DNA of 24,000 nucleotides from assembly GCF_963675815.2 (NCBI RefSeq), contig NZ_CAXXLH010000001.1:1167746-1191745 (forward strand). The letters run 5' to 3'. The position numbers and the translations under genes were made by a program. Of this stretch, positions 15,466 to 22,843 are shown piece after piece (within the stretch, counting starts at the first letter, position 1; every line of letters begins with the position of its first letter). Source of the DNA: an uncultured Desulfuromusa sp. GTDB taxonomy: Bacteria; Desulfobacterota; Desulfuromonadia; Desulfuromonadales; Geopsychrobacteraceae. The notes below the pieces were generated by a model. The model had not been told where the DNA came from. It did no database searches and was given only the letters and a program-made list of their open reading frames with translations.

Positions 15466-17056
15466 TCACACCCTCCTGTCTGGCTTCATCGCGTCCGGCC
15501 AGATCGCCGAGCAGTAAGGCTTTGGCGATCAGATCTCCAAGCTGTGCCGGGTCCAGATCTGCATTGAGATCGATCAGCTGATCGCGGAAATCCTCCAGGC
15601 TAGCGGACTCGCCGAGCAACGTGCGGATCTGCGCAATCATGTCATCGACTGTCGGCTGTGCTCCCTGGCTGAGCTTTGCGGCAATAATATCGGCAGTGTC
15701 GGGCTGCGGCTGCTGTTCGGCGTTAAGCGCTCGCTGCTGATTTGTCGCCGCAGCCGGAACGGCGGAATCTGCAATTTCAGATTTCTGATTTGATATCTTC
15801 CCCGCAGGGACAGTCAGCAGATCTTCCGGCTTGGCGTCTTCGGCGGGTTCAGCAATGCCGATTTTGTCGCGTACCACGGACTGCTCAACCCGCAAACCCA
15901 ACGGCACCAGAGTTCCCAAAGCTTCCACCAGGGCGGCAATATCTTCGGCATCGGCCTGGGCGATGGATACAGTGGGATATTCTTCTTGCGGGCCCCAATT
16001 GAGATCGATGTAGACTTTGACCAAATCACGATTGATCGTGTCACTAAGCTGTTCGGCATCGTCATCGCGGATATCGTCACGCACTTCGCCTTGCAGCTCT
16101 TCGTTGCCGAGCTTTCCGGGAGTGCCGGAGCTGGATGCGGTTTGTCCGAGAATCCCCTTGCTGACCTGATCGTCCAGGTAGTTGGCCAGGGTGACAAAAA
16201 AGTCGGCACTGCTGCCTTTGTTTCCGGCTTCGACAAGTTCGATCTGCATACTCTCAGGGAAGACAGCGGCGGCATCGATCCCCAGGTTGGCGACGGCCAT
16301 CTTCAGGATAGCGATATCGTCTTTACTGGCGTTGCTGCCGTATTTCCCCATACGCAGGGGCATGCCAAAGACTTCGGCAAAGGCCAGCCAGTCTTTGACG
16401 GTGTAGCCTTTGCACATGTAGGCCCAGGCAGCGAGTCGGGCCAGACCACCACGGATCGGGATGCCGCTTTTGATTTTTGGCACATGGGTGATGAACTTGA
16501 ATGGAGCGAGAGCTAATCCATCGAAGCTGTCGGCTTCATCACGTAGCCGGATTTCAGTTCTGGCGATCCGCTCGAACTGGAAAAAGTGCGGATCGCGCCA
16601 GCGATATTCTTTGGGTTTCCACTGGCTTCCGGAACGATCCCACATGATTTCTGCGACGGAGTAACCTTTACCAAGTCCATCGAGCAGGTCTTTAAGCAGC
16701 ATGCGGAAACCTGGCTTGCGGACAAGTTTGCTGACTTCATCAGCCAGCTTTTTGTCATGGTCGCTGTCGGTCGCAGATTCGACGTTGATGGGCAGACGGC
16801 TGACGGCCAGCTTGCGCTTGGAGAGTTCGCTGCCATAATGGAGATCGCGCTCTTCCATCTCTTCAGCCAGGGTCAAAAAGGCATCGTGATCGCCCTGGGC
16901 GGCATCCATAAGCAGACCCGCCAGACCGACGGGCGTGAGACCGCTGGCCACGCTGCTGTCCCATAAGGTGCGGATTCCGGCCAGAGTTGGTGCGGCGATT
17001 TCTTTGGTCAGTTCGCCGGTTTTGATCGGACGTCCATATTGATCAACAAGTGCCAT
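15455..17056 (-). CDS. Portal protein, Mu gp29 family (DUF935-like)
   Basis: 533 aa, immediately downstream of the large terminase. The motifs FQFERIARTEIRLRDE, GGLARLAAWAYMCKGYTVKDWLAFAEVFGMPLRMGKY and an acidic C-terminus are consistent with Mu-type portals. Confidence 0.9.
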   Translation of the reverse strand: MALVDQYGRPIKTGELTKEIAAPTLAGIRTLWDSSVASGLTPVGLAGLLMDAAQGDHDAFLTLAEEMEERDLHYGSELSKRKLAVSRLPINVESATDSDHDKKLADEVSKLVRKPGFRMLLKDLLDGLGKGYSVAEIMWDRSGSQWKPKEYRWRDPHFFQFERIARTEIRLRDEADSFDGLALAPFKFITHVPKIKSGIPIRGGLARLAAWAYMCKGYTVKDWLAFAEVFGMPLRMGKYGSNASKDDIAILKMAVANLGIDAAAVFPESMQIELVEAGNKGSSADFFVTLANYLDDQVSKGILGQTASSSGTPGKLGNEELQGEVRDDIRDDDAEQLSDTINRDLVKVYIDLNWGPQEEYPTVSIAQADAEDIAALVEALGTLVPLGLRVEQSVVRDKIGIAEPAEDAKPEDLLTVPAGKISNQKSEIADSAVPAAATNQQRALNAEQQPQPDTADIIAAKLSQGAQPTVDDMIAQIRTLLGESASLEDFRDQLIDLNADLDPAQLGDLIAKALLLGDLAGRDEARQEGVNGG

Positions 17057-18715
17057 TTACCAGAGTCCCTTTCCTGCGCCGAGTCCGGCGGTGACCCGCA
17101 CCGGGCGAGTTGTGTTGTCATTGTTTTTGGTGCGACGGCCGAGACCTTCGTAGGCGTATTCGGCCGGATCCTGTTTACTGGCAAACCACATCAGAGCAAG
17201 GGCGATGGCGCTGTCGCCGTGGCGCTTGAGCTTGGAGTCCTTGGTATCGACCTCTTTGTATTTCGGCAACTTGATAATGCCGTCAATCCGCTCCAGGGCG
17301 CGGACGTCGTTGAGAACGTCTTTGTCGCTGGGGACATCGAGTAAGCGATCGCGCCAAGCGTCTTCGAAGCTGCCCATGTTGTCTCGGTACCAAGCATCGT
17401 TGAGAGAAACCTGGTGAATAACGTTGTGTCCATAGCGATCGGCGGTGTACTCGGCGATGGTCTGGCCGTTACCGGTGGCGTCCATGGCTCCACAGCGGAA
17501 GCGCGGCAGGCAGTCGATCATGCGCCAGAGAATCTGTTCTTGCTGCCGGGTCGGGACGTTGTGCATCTCGATCAGAAACGGCACCTTACGGATTAGGGCC
17601 TGCTGGATGAAGCCAGGCGCGGCGACGGCAAAGTCGACATGCCGAGCGTAGTCACTGCCGAAGACATGCTCATAGTCCGGATCGAGGGTATCGAGCAGCC
17701 AGTTGAGATTCTGACGAATCCAGTCTTCGGCCCAGTGACGGCGCACGTGATCGGGCTGCAGGACGAACTCTTTTTCGAGCGCCAGGCGCAGGATCTGCCG
17801 GGGCTCATGCATGCACTGCTCAACATAGATACTGGGAATGGCGACGCCGCTGCCTTCACGCGGGATAGCGTCGAGTTCTTCCTTCATAGCAGCTTTGTTT
17901 GTGCCGTAGCTGCTCCTGATCTTGTCGTACCAGGCTTGCTTGGCTTCTGGAGACGGGGTCCAGCCACGCACAAGGCAAACCCGCTCATAAAGGCCATTAT
18001 TGACGGCGTCATCAAAGGTGATACGCATGATGTTGAACGGCTGCAGTCCGGCCCGGCTGTCTTTGATCAGCTGGTTAAAGGGGCTTCTATCGGTATTGTG
18101 GGTGCTGATAATGCGGATCTTGCCGCCCCAGATCAGCAGCGCCAAGGCCGAATCGATAACCGCCTGGACGTTCTTGTGAAACGCAGCCTCATCGATATTG
18201 ACGATACCCTGCAGTCCGCGAATGTTGGCCGGGTTGCTCGACAATGCAACCACCTGAAAGCTGGAGGCAAAGCGGATGCGATAGGCGGTGATATCGCGGG
18301 TGGTCACTTCGTTACCGACGGCGTCATAAACCTGGTCTTTAAACATAAAGACCTCTATGCCGTTCCAGTTCTCTGCCATGGCGCAAGCCATAACCCTGGC
18401 GAAGTGGGCGCAGTAGCCAACAAATTCAAGACCCTTATCCTTGGTGTCTCCGACATAGTAAATGTCATCGCCACCGGCTTCCTTGGAGCTGGAGACAGTG
18501 ATGGTGTCATCCAGGGCGGTGGCGTAGGTGATGCCTGTTCGGCGACCCTTCTCGGCAGCACACAGGTCATGCTCATGGATCAACTTGCACCAGTCGACCT
18601 GGTGCTGCATCAACACGCCCTCACTGAGCGGATTGATATCAGCCGGAAGAGAGCGAACACTGTCTGGCAACTCTTCGTCGCTGATTATGCGGATGACATC
18701 TCCGGGTTGACTCAT
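17057..18715 (-). CDS. Terminase large subunit, Mu gp28 family
   Basis: 552 aa. The N-terminal ATPase region is LMQHQVDWCKLIHEHDLCAAEKGRRTGITYATALDD. The Walker-B-like motif is IVNIDEAAF. A C-terminal nuclease-like region is present. It has an ATGA overlap with the gp27-like gene. Confidence 0.9.
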   Translation of the reverse strand: MSQPGDVIRIISDEELPDSVRSLPADINPLSEGVLMQHQVDWCKLIHEHDLCAAEKGRRTGITYATALDDTITVSSSKEAGGDDIYYVGDTKDKGLEFVGYCAHFARVMACAMAENWNGIEVFMFKDQVYDAVGNEVTTRDITAYRIRFASSFQVVALSSNPANIRGLQGIVNIDEAAFHKNVQAVIDSALALLIWGGKIRIISTHNTDRSPFNQLIKDSRAGLQPFNIMRITFDDAVNNGLYERVCLVRGWTPSPEAKQAWYDKIRSSYGTNKAAMKEELDAIPREGSGVAIPSIYVEQCMHEPRQILRLALEKEFVLQPDHVRRHWAEDWIRQNLNWLLDTLDPDYEHVFGSDYARHVDFAVAAPGFIQQALIRKVPFLIEMHNVPTRQQEQILWRMIDCLPRFRCGAMDATGNGQTIAEYTADRYGHNVIHQVSLNDAWYRDNMGSFEDAWRDRLLDVPSDKDVLNDVRALERIDGIIKLPKYKEVDTKDSKLKRHGDSAIALALMWFASKQDPAEYAYEGLGRRTKNNDNTTRPVRVTAGLGAGKGLW

Positions 18716-19281
18716 TTGATCCCCAATACCTGCTCACGCCAGAATTGTGCGTCTTCTTTGGTTAAGCCACGCTGGATGGCTGTATCTGCTACTGTTTCGG
18801 CGGCATCCTGCAACGCCTGCTGCCGGATCTCCCGTTCTCGCTCAACATTCAGATTCGCGGCTTTTTCCAACCGCATGGTAGTGAGAGCCAAGTCTTTGAG
18901 CATCCCGGCCACGGCGGGCATATTCTCAACATCTTCCAGATCCAGATCGGAGGCTTTTAACGACAGATCAAAGCTAAGGCTACGCAGGATCTCGTTCACC
19001 AGGTTGCCTATTTTCCCTTGTGGAGCTGCCCCGAGCTTGTTGATCCACATGTCTGCCACTTCACGGGACTGCTGCAGTTTTGCTCCAACTTCGCGCATTT
19101 TCATGTCGTAACGATTGACGGCTGATTTACTCAGTCGTTCCGGGTGGTCCATCTCTTCCAGGATCTGGTTGATCCGGAGCACGGCATCCTTTTGCGTCAC
19201 CTTGCGGTCACGCAGTAACTCATTGAGCTGGTCGCGCACTTCGTCCGGAAGCAGATCAATGCTGGATTGCTGATGACCCAT
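18712..19281 (-). CDS. Mu gp27-like protein (DUF3486-like), putative small terminase / pac-recognition subunit
   Basis: 189 aa. The opening is IDLLPDEVRDQLNELLRDRKVTQKDAVLRINQIL, followed by a coiled-coil C-terminus. It lies directly upstream of the large terminase. GAGGTGG lies 8 nt upstream of the ATG. Confidence 0.75.
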   Translation of the reverse strand: MGHQQSSIDLLPDEVRDQLNELLRDRKVTQKDAVLRINQILEEMDHPERLSKSAVNRYDMKMREVGAKLQQSREVADMWINKLGAAPQGKIGNLVNEILRSLSFDLSLKASDLDLEDVENMPAVAGMLKDLALTTMRLEKAANLNVEREREIRQQALQDAAETVADTAIQRGLTKEDAQFWREQVLGIK

Positions 19282-19361
19282 CAGTTAACCACCTCAATAA
19301 AATTGACAAAAAGAGCGCATAAAAAGATGCCGAACGCATATCCATAACTCAATTTATTCAT
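19281..19361 (-). CDS. Possible 26-aa hydrophobic micro-protein (unlisted ORF)
   Basis: ATG 19361 to TGA 19281-19283 encodes MNKLSYGYAFGIFLCALFVNFIEVVN. The ATG lies 3 nt after the gp26-like stop, and the stop overlaps the gp27-like ATG (TGATG). It fills an otherwise empty 83-bp gap in a tightly packed operon. The only SD candidate is a weak AGGGG. Confidence 0.3.
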   Translation of the reverse strand: MNKLSYGYAFGIFLCALFVNFIEVVN

Positions 19362-19364
19362 CCG

Positions 19365-19661
19365 CTAGCCCCTGGGCGCTGGGCGCTTTACGCCGGGAAC
19401 GGTGGCTCTACCTGCGGCAACATCGGCACCACGACCGGTCAATTTAGCGACCATGTAATCACCGACGGTTTCGACATTGACCAGGTCCTGCTCGGCCAGC
19501 CAGCTGATCAGGTTGCGCACCTGGTCACGGCTGATGGTGTGACCGAAGGCAGCTAAAATGCTCTGCAGCACGCTTTCGTTGTGGCTGTAACCGGCATCTT
19601 CAGACAGTGCGCGGAGCACAACCAGGCGACGGTCTTCGGCGAGTAATGCGCTGATACTCAT
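19365..19661 (-). CDS. Mu gp26-like winged-helix protein
   Basis: 98 aa. The pattern LAEDRRLVVLRALSEDAGYSHNESVLQSILAAFGHTISRDQVRNLISWLAEQDLV...GRGADVAAGRATVPGVKRP is recurrent upstream of gp27 in Mu-like prophages, as I recall. Confidence 0.6.
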   Translation of the reverse strand: MSISALLAEDRRLVVLRALSEDAGYSHNESVLQSILAAFGHTISRDQVRNLISWLAEQDLVNVETVGDYMVAKLTGRGADVAAGRATVPGVKRPAPRG

Positions 19662-20044
19662 TTATTTTCTCTCCTTAAAAGTTCTTGCAGCACCAGATCC
19701 ATTTGATTCCTTGTTGCGCTCATTTCTCCCGCCAGATTTTCAACTTTGGCGACCGCTGAATCCATCCGGGCATGAACGCGGCCAATATCGCTCAGGCTCG
19801 GCAACGATTTAAACTCGGCCTCAATGGTTGCTATTCTTGTGGTTGTTGGGCAGGCCGGGACATGTTCTTTGATCAACTCTTTGGCCTTGATTTCGTCAAT
19901 TTTCTTGGCATTTGACTCTTCTAAGTCACCGACCCGTTTATTGTTCGCCTGATTTTTTCGACTCACAGCCATCCAGATCACAACGATGATGTTAAAAACA
20001 CCCTGCCCAACTGCCAGCCAAAATCCTGCTGCGCGATAATCCAT
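19658..20044 (-). CDS. DUF2730-like (Mu gp25-like) membrane-anchored coiled-coil protein
   Basis: 128 aa. It has an N-terminal TM helix (FWLAVGQGVFNIIVVIWMAV) followed by a charged helical domain. It overlaps both neighbours (TAATG/ATGA). Confidence 0.65.
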   Translation of the reverse strand: MDYRAAGFWLAVGQGVFNIIVVIWMAVSRKNQANNKRVGDLEESNAKKIDEIKAKELIKEHVPACPTTTRIATIEAEFKSLPSLSDIGRVHARMDSAVAKVENLAGEMSATRNQMDLVLQELLRRENK

Positions 20045-20280
20045 TAAATTGTTCTCCAGTGGCTGAGGAGTTCTTTTTGCTCTTGTTCTTGTTCCTGCTG
20101 GCAGCTCACGCAGAGCTTGCAGCCCTTCTGAGCTTTACGTCTCCCTTCCGGGATCGGCTCTTCGCAGTTCTCGCAAAACCTGTTTGAGATCCCGGTCGAA
20201 TTGTTTTGTTGCGCCTGGGCCAACATGTCAGCTTGAAACTGATCATTGATAACCTGGGCGCGGTCTGCATCATCGGCCAT
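20044..20280 (-). CDS. TraR/DksA-family C4 zinc-finger protein
   Basis: 78 aa. It carries CENCEEPIPEGRRKAQKGCKLCVSC (CxxC-x17-CxxC) preceded by a helical N-terminus, the canonical phage TraR layout. Confidence 0.85.
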   Translation of the reverse strand: MADDADRAQVINDQFQADMLAQAQQNNSTGISNRFCENCEEPIPEGRRKAQKGCKLCVSCQQEQEQEQKELLSHWRTI

Positions 20281-20729
20281 TACCTGCCTGCCACCCCCAA
20301 CCGGGCAGCGGCTGAAGCCCGGACGATTTCAATCACCTGGCGCACAACAACCAGACGTTGAGCTCCATCACTGATCCCTTCGGCTTGCAACTGTCTGACA
20401 ATTTGCGCCCGGACCAGGGCGACCAGATCAAAAAATGATTGACGCTCAGCGGGGAGCAGGTCCAACTTGTCGACTTCTGCTGCCACCGCCCCATCCAAAC
20501 CAGAGAGCAAAACAGAGTTGTTGTCGATGCGGGAGAGGATGGCAGTAGAGACGGCATAGGCTGGGGTGACAGCTTCCGGCCTCATGGTCATAGCAACACC
20601 AACGGCGGACTGAATCAGCGCCGCTTCGACCTGATCGACATTGCCGTCGATCTTGATCAGGGCGTTGGGGCCGGTGCAGCCAGCCAGAGCAATAGCGGCA
20701 AAAAGCAGAAACACGATAAAAAGCTTCAT
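20280..20729 (-). CDS. Lipoprotein (lysis-cassette associated; possible spanin component or exclusion factor)
   Basis: 149 aa. It has a signal peptide with a lipobox: MKLFIVFLLFAAIALAG|C, with Thr at +2. AAGGAG lies 8 nt upstream of the ATG. The mature part is Ala/Val-rich and helical. Confidence 0.7.
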   Translation of the reverse strand: MKLFIVFLLFAAIALAGCTGPNALIKIDGNVDQVEAALIQSAVGVAMTMRPEAVTPAYAVSTAILSRIDNNSVLLSGLDGAVAAEVDKLDLLPAERQSFFDLVALVRAQIVRQLQAEGISDGAQRLVVVRQVIEIVRASAAARLGVAGR

Positions 20730-20902
20730 TATTTTTTCTCCTTTCCCTGGGCCGGTTGACGCGCGAGAATTCGCAGCACTTTTCCGGATCCTTTGATAAA
20801 TTTGCTGTTTTTCAGTTTTGGGTGTCTGGTCACAACAACGGTGCCGATTGTCAGGACTGCACCCGAAATCAGATAAATTGCTGTGCTGAGATCAATTTCC
20901 AT
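20729..20902 (-). CDS. Unlisted 57-aa single-TM protein, holin candidate
   Basis: It falls below the ORF-track length cutoff. My hand translation is MEIDLSTAIYLISGAVLTIGTVVVTRHPKLKNSKFIKGSGKVLRILARQPAQGKEKK. GGAGG lies 4 nt upstream of ATG 20902. The stop overlaps the lipoprotein ATG (TAATG). The protein has one TM helix and a highly basic C-terminal tail. Confidence 0.5.
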   Translation of the reverse strand: MEIDLSTAIYLISGAVLTIGTVVVTRHPKLKNSKFIKGSGKVLRILARQPAQGKEKK

Positions 20903-20910
20903 GTGGCCTC

Positions 20911-21297
20911 CTAGTAATCGCTGCCAACGCCGAACATGGCGCCAATCCGCACCCCGGAAAAGCCCTTAACCTGCTCCCATTTGGTGCCACCCTTGCCAAC
21001 ATCGACGCGGAAACGTTTATCCGCAAAGGCGCGTTGTTCTTTAGAGGTTGCCTTTTCACAGCGCCAGTCATGGCGACAGGTTGCAATTGGGTGTTTCCAC
21101 TTGGGGAAATTGAGAATCAAAACTTTTGCAAAGATTCCGCTGCTGGCCCCGTTCCAGCGGAAACCAACCGGAATCATGCCGTTGCCGCAGGGCAGCGGTT
21201 GTGTCAGTTCCAGGACATCGAGCTTACCGGGAACCGAGCGCATATAAATGCGGCCATCCCAGCCGGTTTCGATATCATCAATAAAAAAATTGGTCAT
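20911..21297 (-). CDS. DUF1353-family protein
   Basis: I prefer ATG 21297 (MTNFFIDD...), which overlaps the amidase stop as ATGA, over the track start at 21312. The motif IPVGFRWNGASSGIFAK...PIATCRHDW resembles the DUF1353 core (xPxGFxxDGASxP ... HD). Confidence 0.65.
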   Translation of the reverse strand: MTNFFIDDIETGWDGRIYMRSVPGKLDVLELTQPLPCGNGMIPVGFRWNGASSGIFAKVLILNFPKWKHPIATCRHDWRCEKATSKEQRAFADKRFRVDVGKGGTKWEQVKGFSGVRIGAMFGVGSDY

Positions 21298-21863
21298 AGC
21301 GTTTCCTTCCAAGCCAGTAAGCCGCTCGTCAGTGCCAGGGAGATCATGAGCGGGGTTGATTCCTGCAGCAGCCAGGCGCGTTCTTCGTCGTTGCTGAGGA
21401 AGCCCATCTCAACCAATGCGGCGGCGCAATCAGTCTCTGTTAAAACGTAAAAATGAGCCTCTTTGTCGGGGTCGTCATCGCTAAAGTCAGTCCGAAAAAC
21501 AGAATCGGGAAAACTGAACTTGAGGCTGTCAATCAGGCAGGTTGCAGCAAAGTCAGATTCTGTTTGACCGGGTGAGGTAAAGACCTCGATCCCGTTTGCT
21601 CCAGGTGAAGATGCCGAATTGCAATGCAAACTCAAAAACAGATCTGGCCGGATATCGTCGGAGATCTGGACGCGGGTGGCCAGTGAGACGCTTTGATCAA
21701 AATAGCGTGTGTAGTGGACGTCGAAACGCTCAGAAAAAAGCATCGGACCAAGCTGCTGGGCGACACGCAAATTGATTGAGGCTTCGGTGTGCCCGGCAGC
21801 AACAGCACCGGGGTCGGTACCGCCGTGACCTGGATCGATTAAAATGAGTGGTCGCTTTTTCAT
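21294..21863 (-). CDS. N-acetylmuramoyl-L-alanine amidase (Amidase_3 family) endolysin
   Basis: 189 aa. Motifs: LIDPGHGGTDPGA, E in HTEASINL, LFLSLHCNS, GIEVF and ALVEMGFLSNDEE. It has no signal peptide or SAR segment. It is the first gene after the late regulatory spacer. Confidence 0.9.
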   Translation of the reverse strand: MKKRPLILIDPGHGGTDPGAVAAGHTEASINLRVAQQLGPMLFSERFDVHYTRYFDQSVSLATRVQISDDIRPDLFLSLHCNSASSPGANGIEVFTSPGQTESDFAATCLIDSLKFSFPDSVFRTDFSDDDPDKEAHFYVLTETDCAAALVEMGFLSNDEERAWLLQESTPLMISLALTSGLLAWKETL

Positions 21864-21881
21864 AGTTCCCCTGTGCCTTTG

Positions 21882-21909
21882 CCCGCCGGAAAAGTTTTAT
21901 TCCGGCGGG
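21882..21909 (-). promoter_or_regulatory. Perfect 10-bp inverted repeat / 5'-UTR hairpin just upstream of the endolysin SD
   Basis: CCCGCCGGAA (8-nt spacer) TTCCGGCGGG. It ends 18 nt upstream of ATG 21863, just before the SD (AGGGGA). Neither strand has a following U-tract, so it is not a canonical terminator. Confidence 0.5.
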
Positions 21910-21998
21910 GTAGGCTTACGCGTCAAATGTCGCGGATTTATTGTGGTGTCGGGGGTGATGATATGATCTGGAAGGGATTATTGCTTTTGAAGGATTTC

Positions 21999-22036
21999 AA
22001 AAAGAAAAGCCCCGTCTACTGGGATGCGGACAGGGC
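21999..22036 (-). terminator. Rho-independent terminator downstream of mor
   Basis: The minus strand reads GCCCTGTC-(12-nt loop)-GACGGGGC, an 8-bp stem with one G.U pair. TTTTCTTTTT follows. It lies about 60 nt after the mor stop. Confidence 0.5.
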
Positions 22037-22094
22037 GTCGGGCTGATAGAATTAACAGTACAGGGCTATCACAAAACGTGACTCTTGTAAATGA

Positions 22095-22433
22095 TCAACT
22101 AAACAACCCCAGCTGATTCCGCTCAAATTCTTCTTGTCTGATACGTGCGACGATATTGTATATCTGCCGTTCCGTCATGTCGTATTTTTTCGCCAAGGCT
22201 GCATGATTAGTGCCGTTGTACTCTCGGTAAATCTGTCGATCGCGCTGGCTGACCAGGTGGCGGCGGGGGAAGTAGGCTTGCTGCCCGGCCAGTTCGGTAT
22301 TGACCAGAATAGCTGTATCCCAGCCGAGCTTCTTTGATTCTGCAATGCCATTTTTTTCAAACAACTCGGTAAACTTGGCAGCAAGGTCTACGATAACTTC
22401 TGGATATTTGTTTTCTGCTAAATTATCCATCAT
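22095..22433 (-). CDS. mor: Mor/C-family transcriptional activator of middle/late genes
   Basis: The C-terminal half (AGQQAYFPRRHLVSQRDRQIYREYNGTNHAALAKKYDMTERQIYNIVARIR) aligns by eye with Mu Mor (GGGQVYIPRG...RDLRIWNDFNGRNVSELTTRYGVTFNTVYKAIRR). I prefer ATG 22433, which forms an ATGA overlap with the upstream stop, over the track start at 22454. GGAGGA abuts it. Confidence 0.85.
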   Translation of the reverse strand: MMDNLAENKYPEVIVDLAAKFTELFEKNGIAESKKLGWDTAILVNTELAGQQAYFPRRHLVSQRDRQIYREYNGTNHAALAKKYDMTERQIYNIVARIRQEEFERNQLGLFS

Positions 22434-22843
22434 TCCTCCGGCCCCATCGTCCACACGGTAATGTTCTGTTTGTCAGCAACCAGTTTGAGTCGATCCAGAT
22501 ACCGGCTGTCCGATTCCTTCTCCAGGATCAACACCACCCCTGGTTTACTATCGGTCATATAGCCGTAATACAGTGCCTGACCAATGCTTTCGGCCCACTT
22601 GCTGGCAAAGTCAAATTCAACGGCATATTCATCCAGGAGACAATCAACCCGGGTTGCATCCGGCAGGCGATATTCTGTGATTCCTCTGGCCGCATCACAC
22701 CAGATCTGCTGGTAATGTTTTTCGTGGTACAAATGAGCTGCACGGGCAGGTAAGACCATGGTCAGAATCAGGATAAAAACGCCGACGAGGAACGCAACGG
22801 TATAGGCGATTGATTGTACTTTTTCGATTAGCTTATCTTTCAT
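22430..22843 (-). CDS. Exported or membrane-anchored small protein with a PD-(D/E)XK-like core (tentative)
   Basis: I prefer ATG 22843 (MKDKLIEKVQSIAYTVAFLVGVFILILTMVLPARA|AHLY...), giving 137 aa. The N-terminus is a signal peptide or signal anchor with an AxA site. The mature ~100 aa contain two Cys and the motif TRVDCLLDEYAVEFDFASKWAESIGQALYYG...PGVVLIL. Confidence 0.55.
   Translation of the reverse strand: MKDKLIEKVQSIAYTVAFLVGVFILILTMVLPARAAHLYHEKHYQQIWCDAARGITEYRLPDATRVDCLLDEYAVEFDFASKWAESIGQALYYGYMTDSKPGVVLILEKESDSRYLDRLKLVADKQNITVWTMGPEE

Noticed and set aside
17639-19111. A 490-aa plus-strand ORF, the longest plus-strand ORF in the track.
   Set aside because: It lies entirely antisense to the large-terminase and gp27-like genes, both of which have clear family motifs on the minus strand. 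The translated product is low-complexity with no recognisable motif, SD or promoter. Long antisense frames like this are a common by-product of codon bias. The same reasoning applies to the plus-strand ORFs at 11007-11636, 14989-15567, 15986-16516, 16586-16966 and 13591-13971.
21927-22046. A 39-aa plus-strand ORF (MSRIYCGVGGDDMIWKG...) in the mor-endolysin spacer.
   Set aside because: It has no convincing SD at the right spacing and no promoter. It runs through the minus-strand terminator hairpin. The spacer is better explained as a regulatory region.
22434-22454. The upstream Met (MDDGAGG...) as the mor start. The same question arises for the track starts at 21312 (DUF1353), 22978 (182-aa version), 23624 (263-aa version) and TTG 7657 (tape measure).
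   Set aside because: In each case a downstream ATG forms an ATGA or similar overlap with the preceding stop, or has a better SD. The extra N-terminal residues also overlap the upstream gene. The shorter versions are more parsimonious, although this remains unproven.
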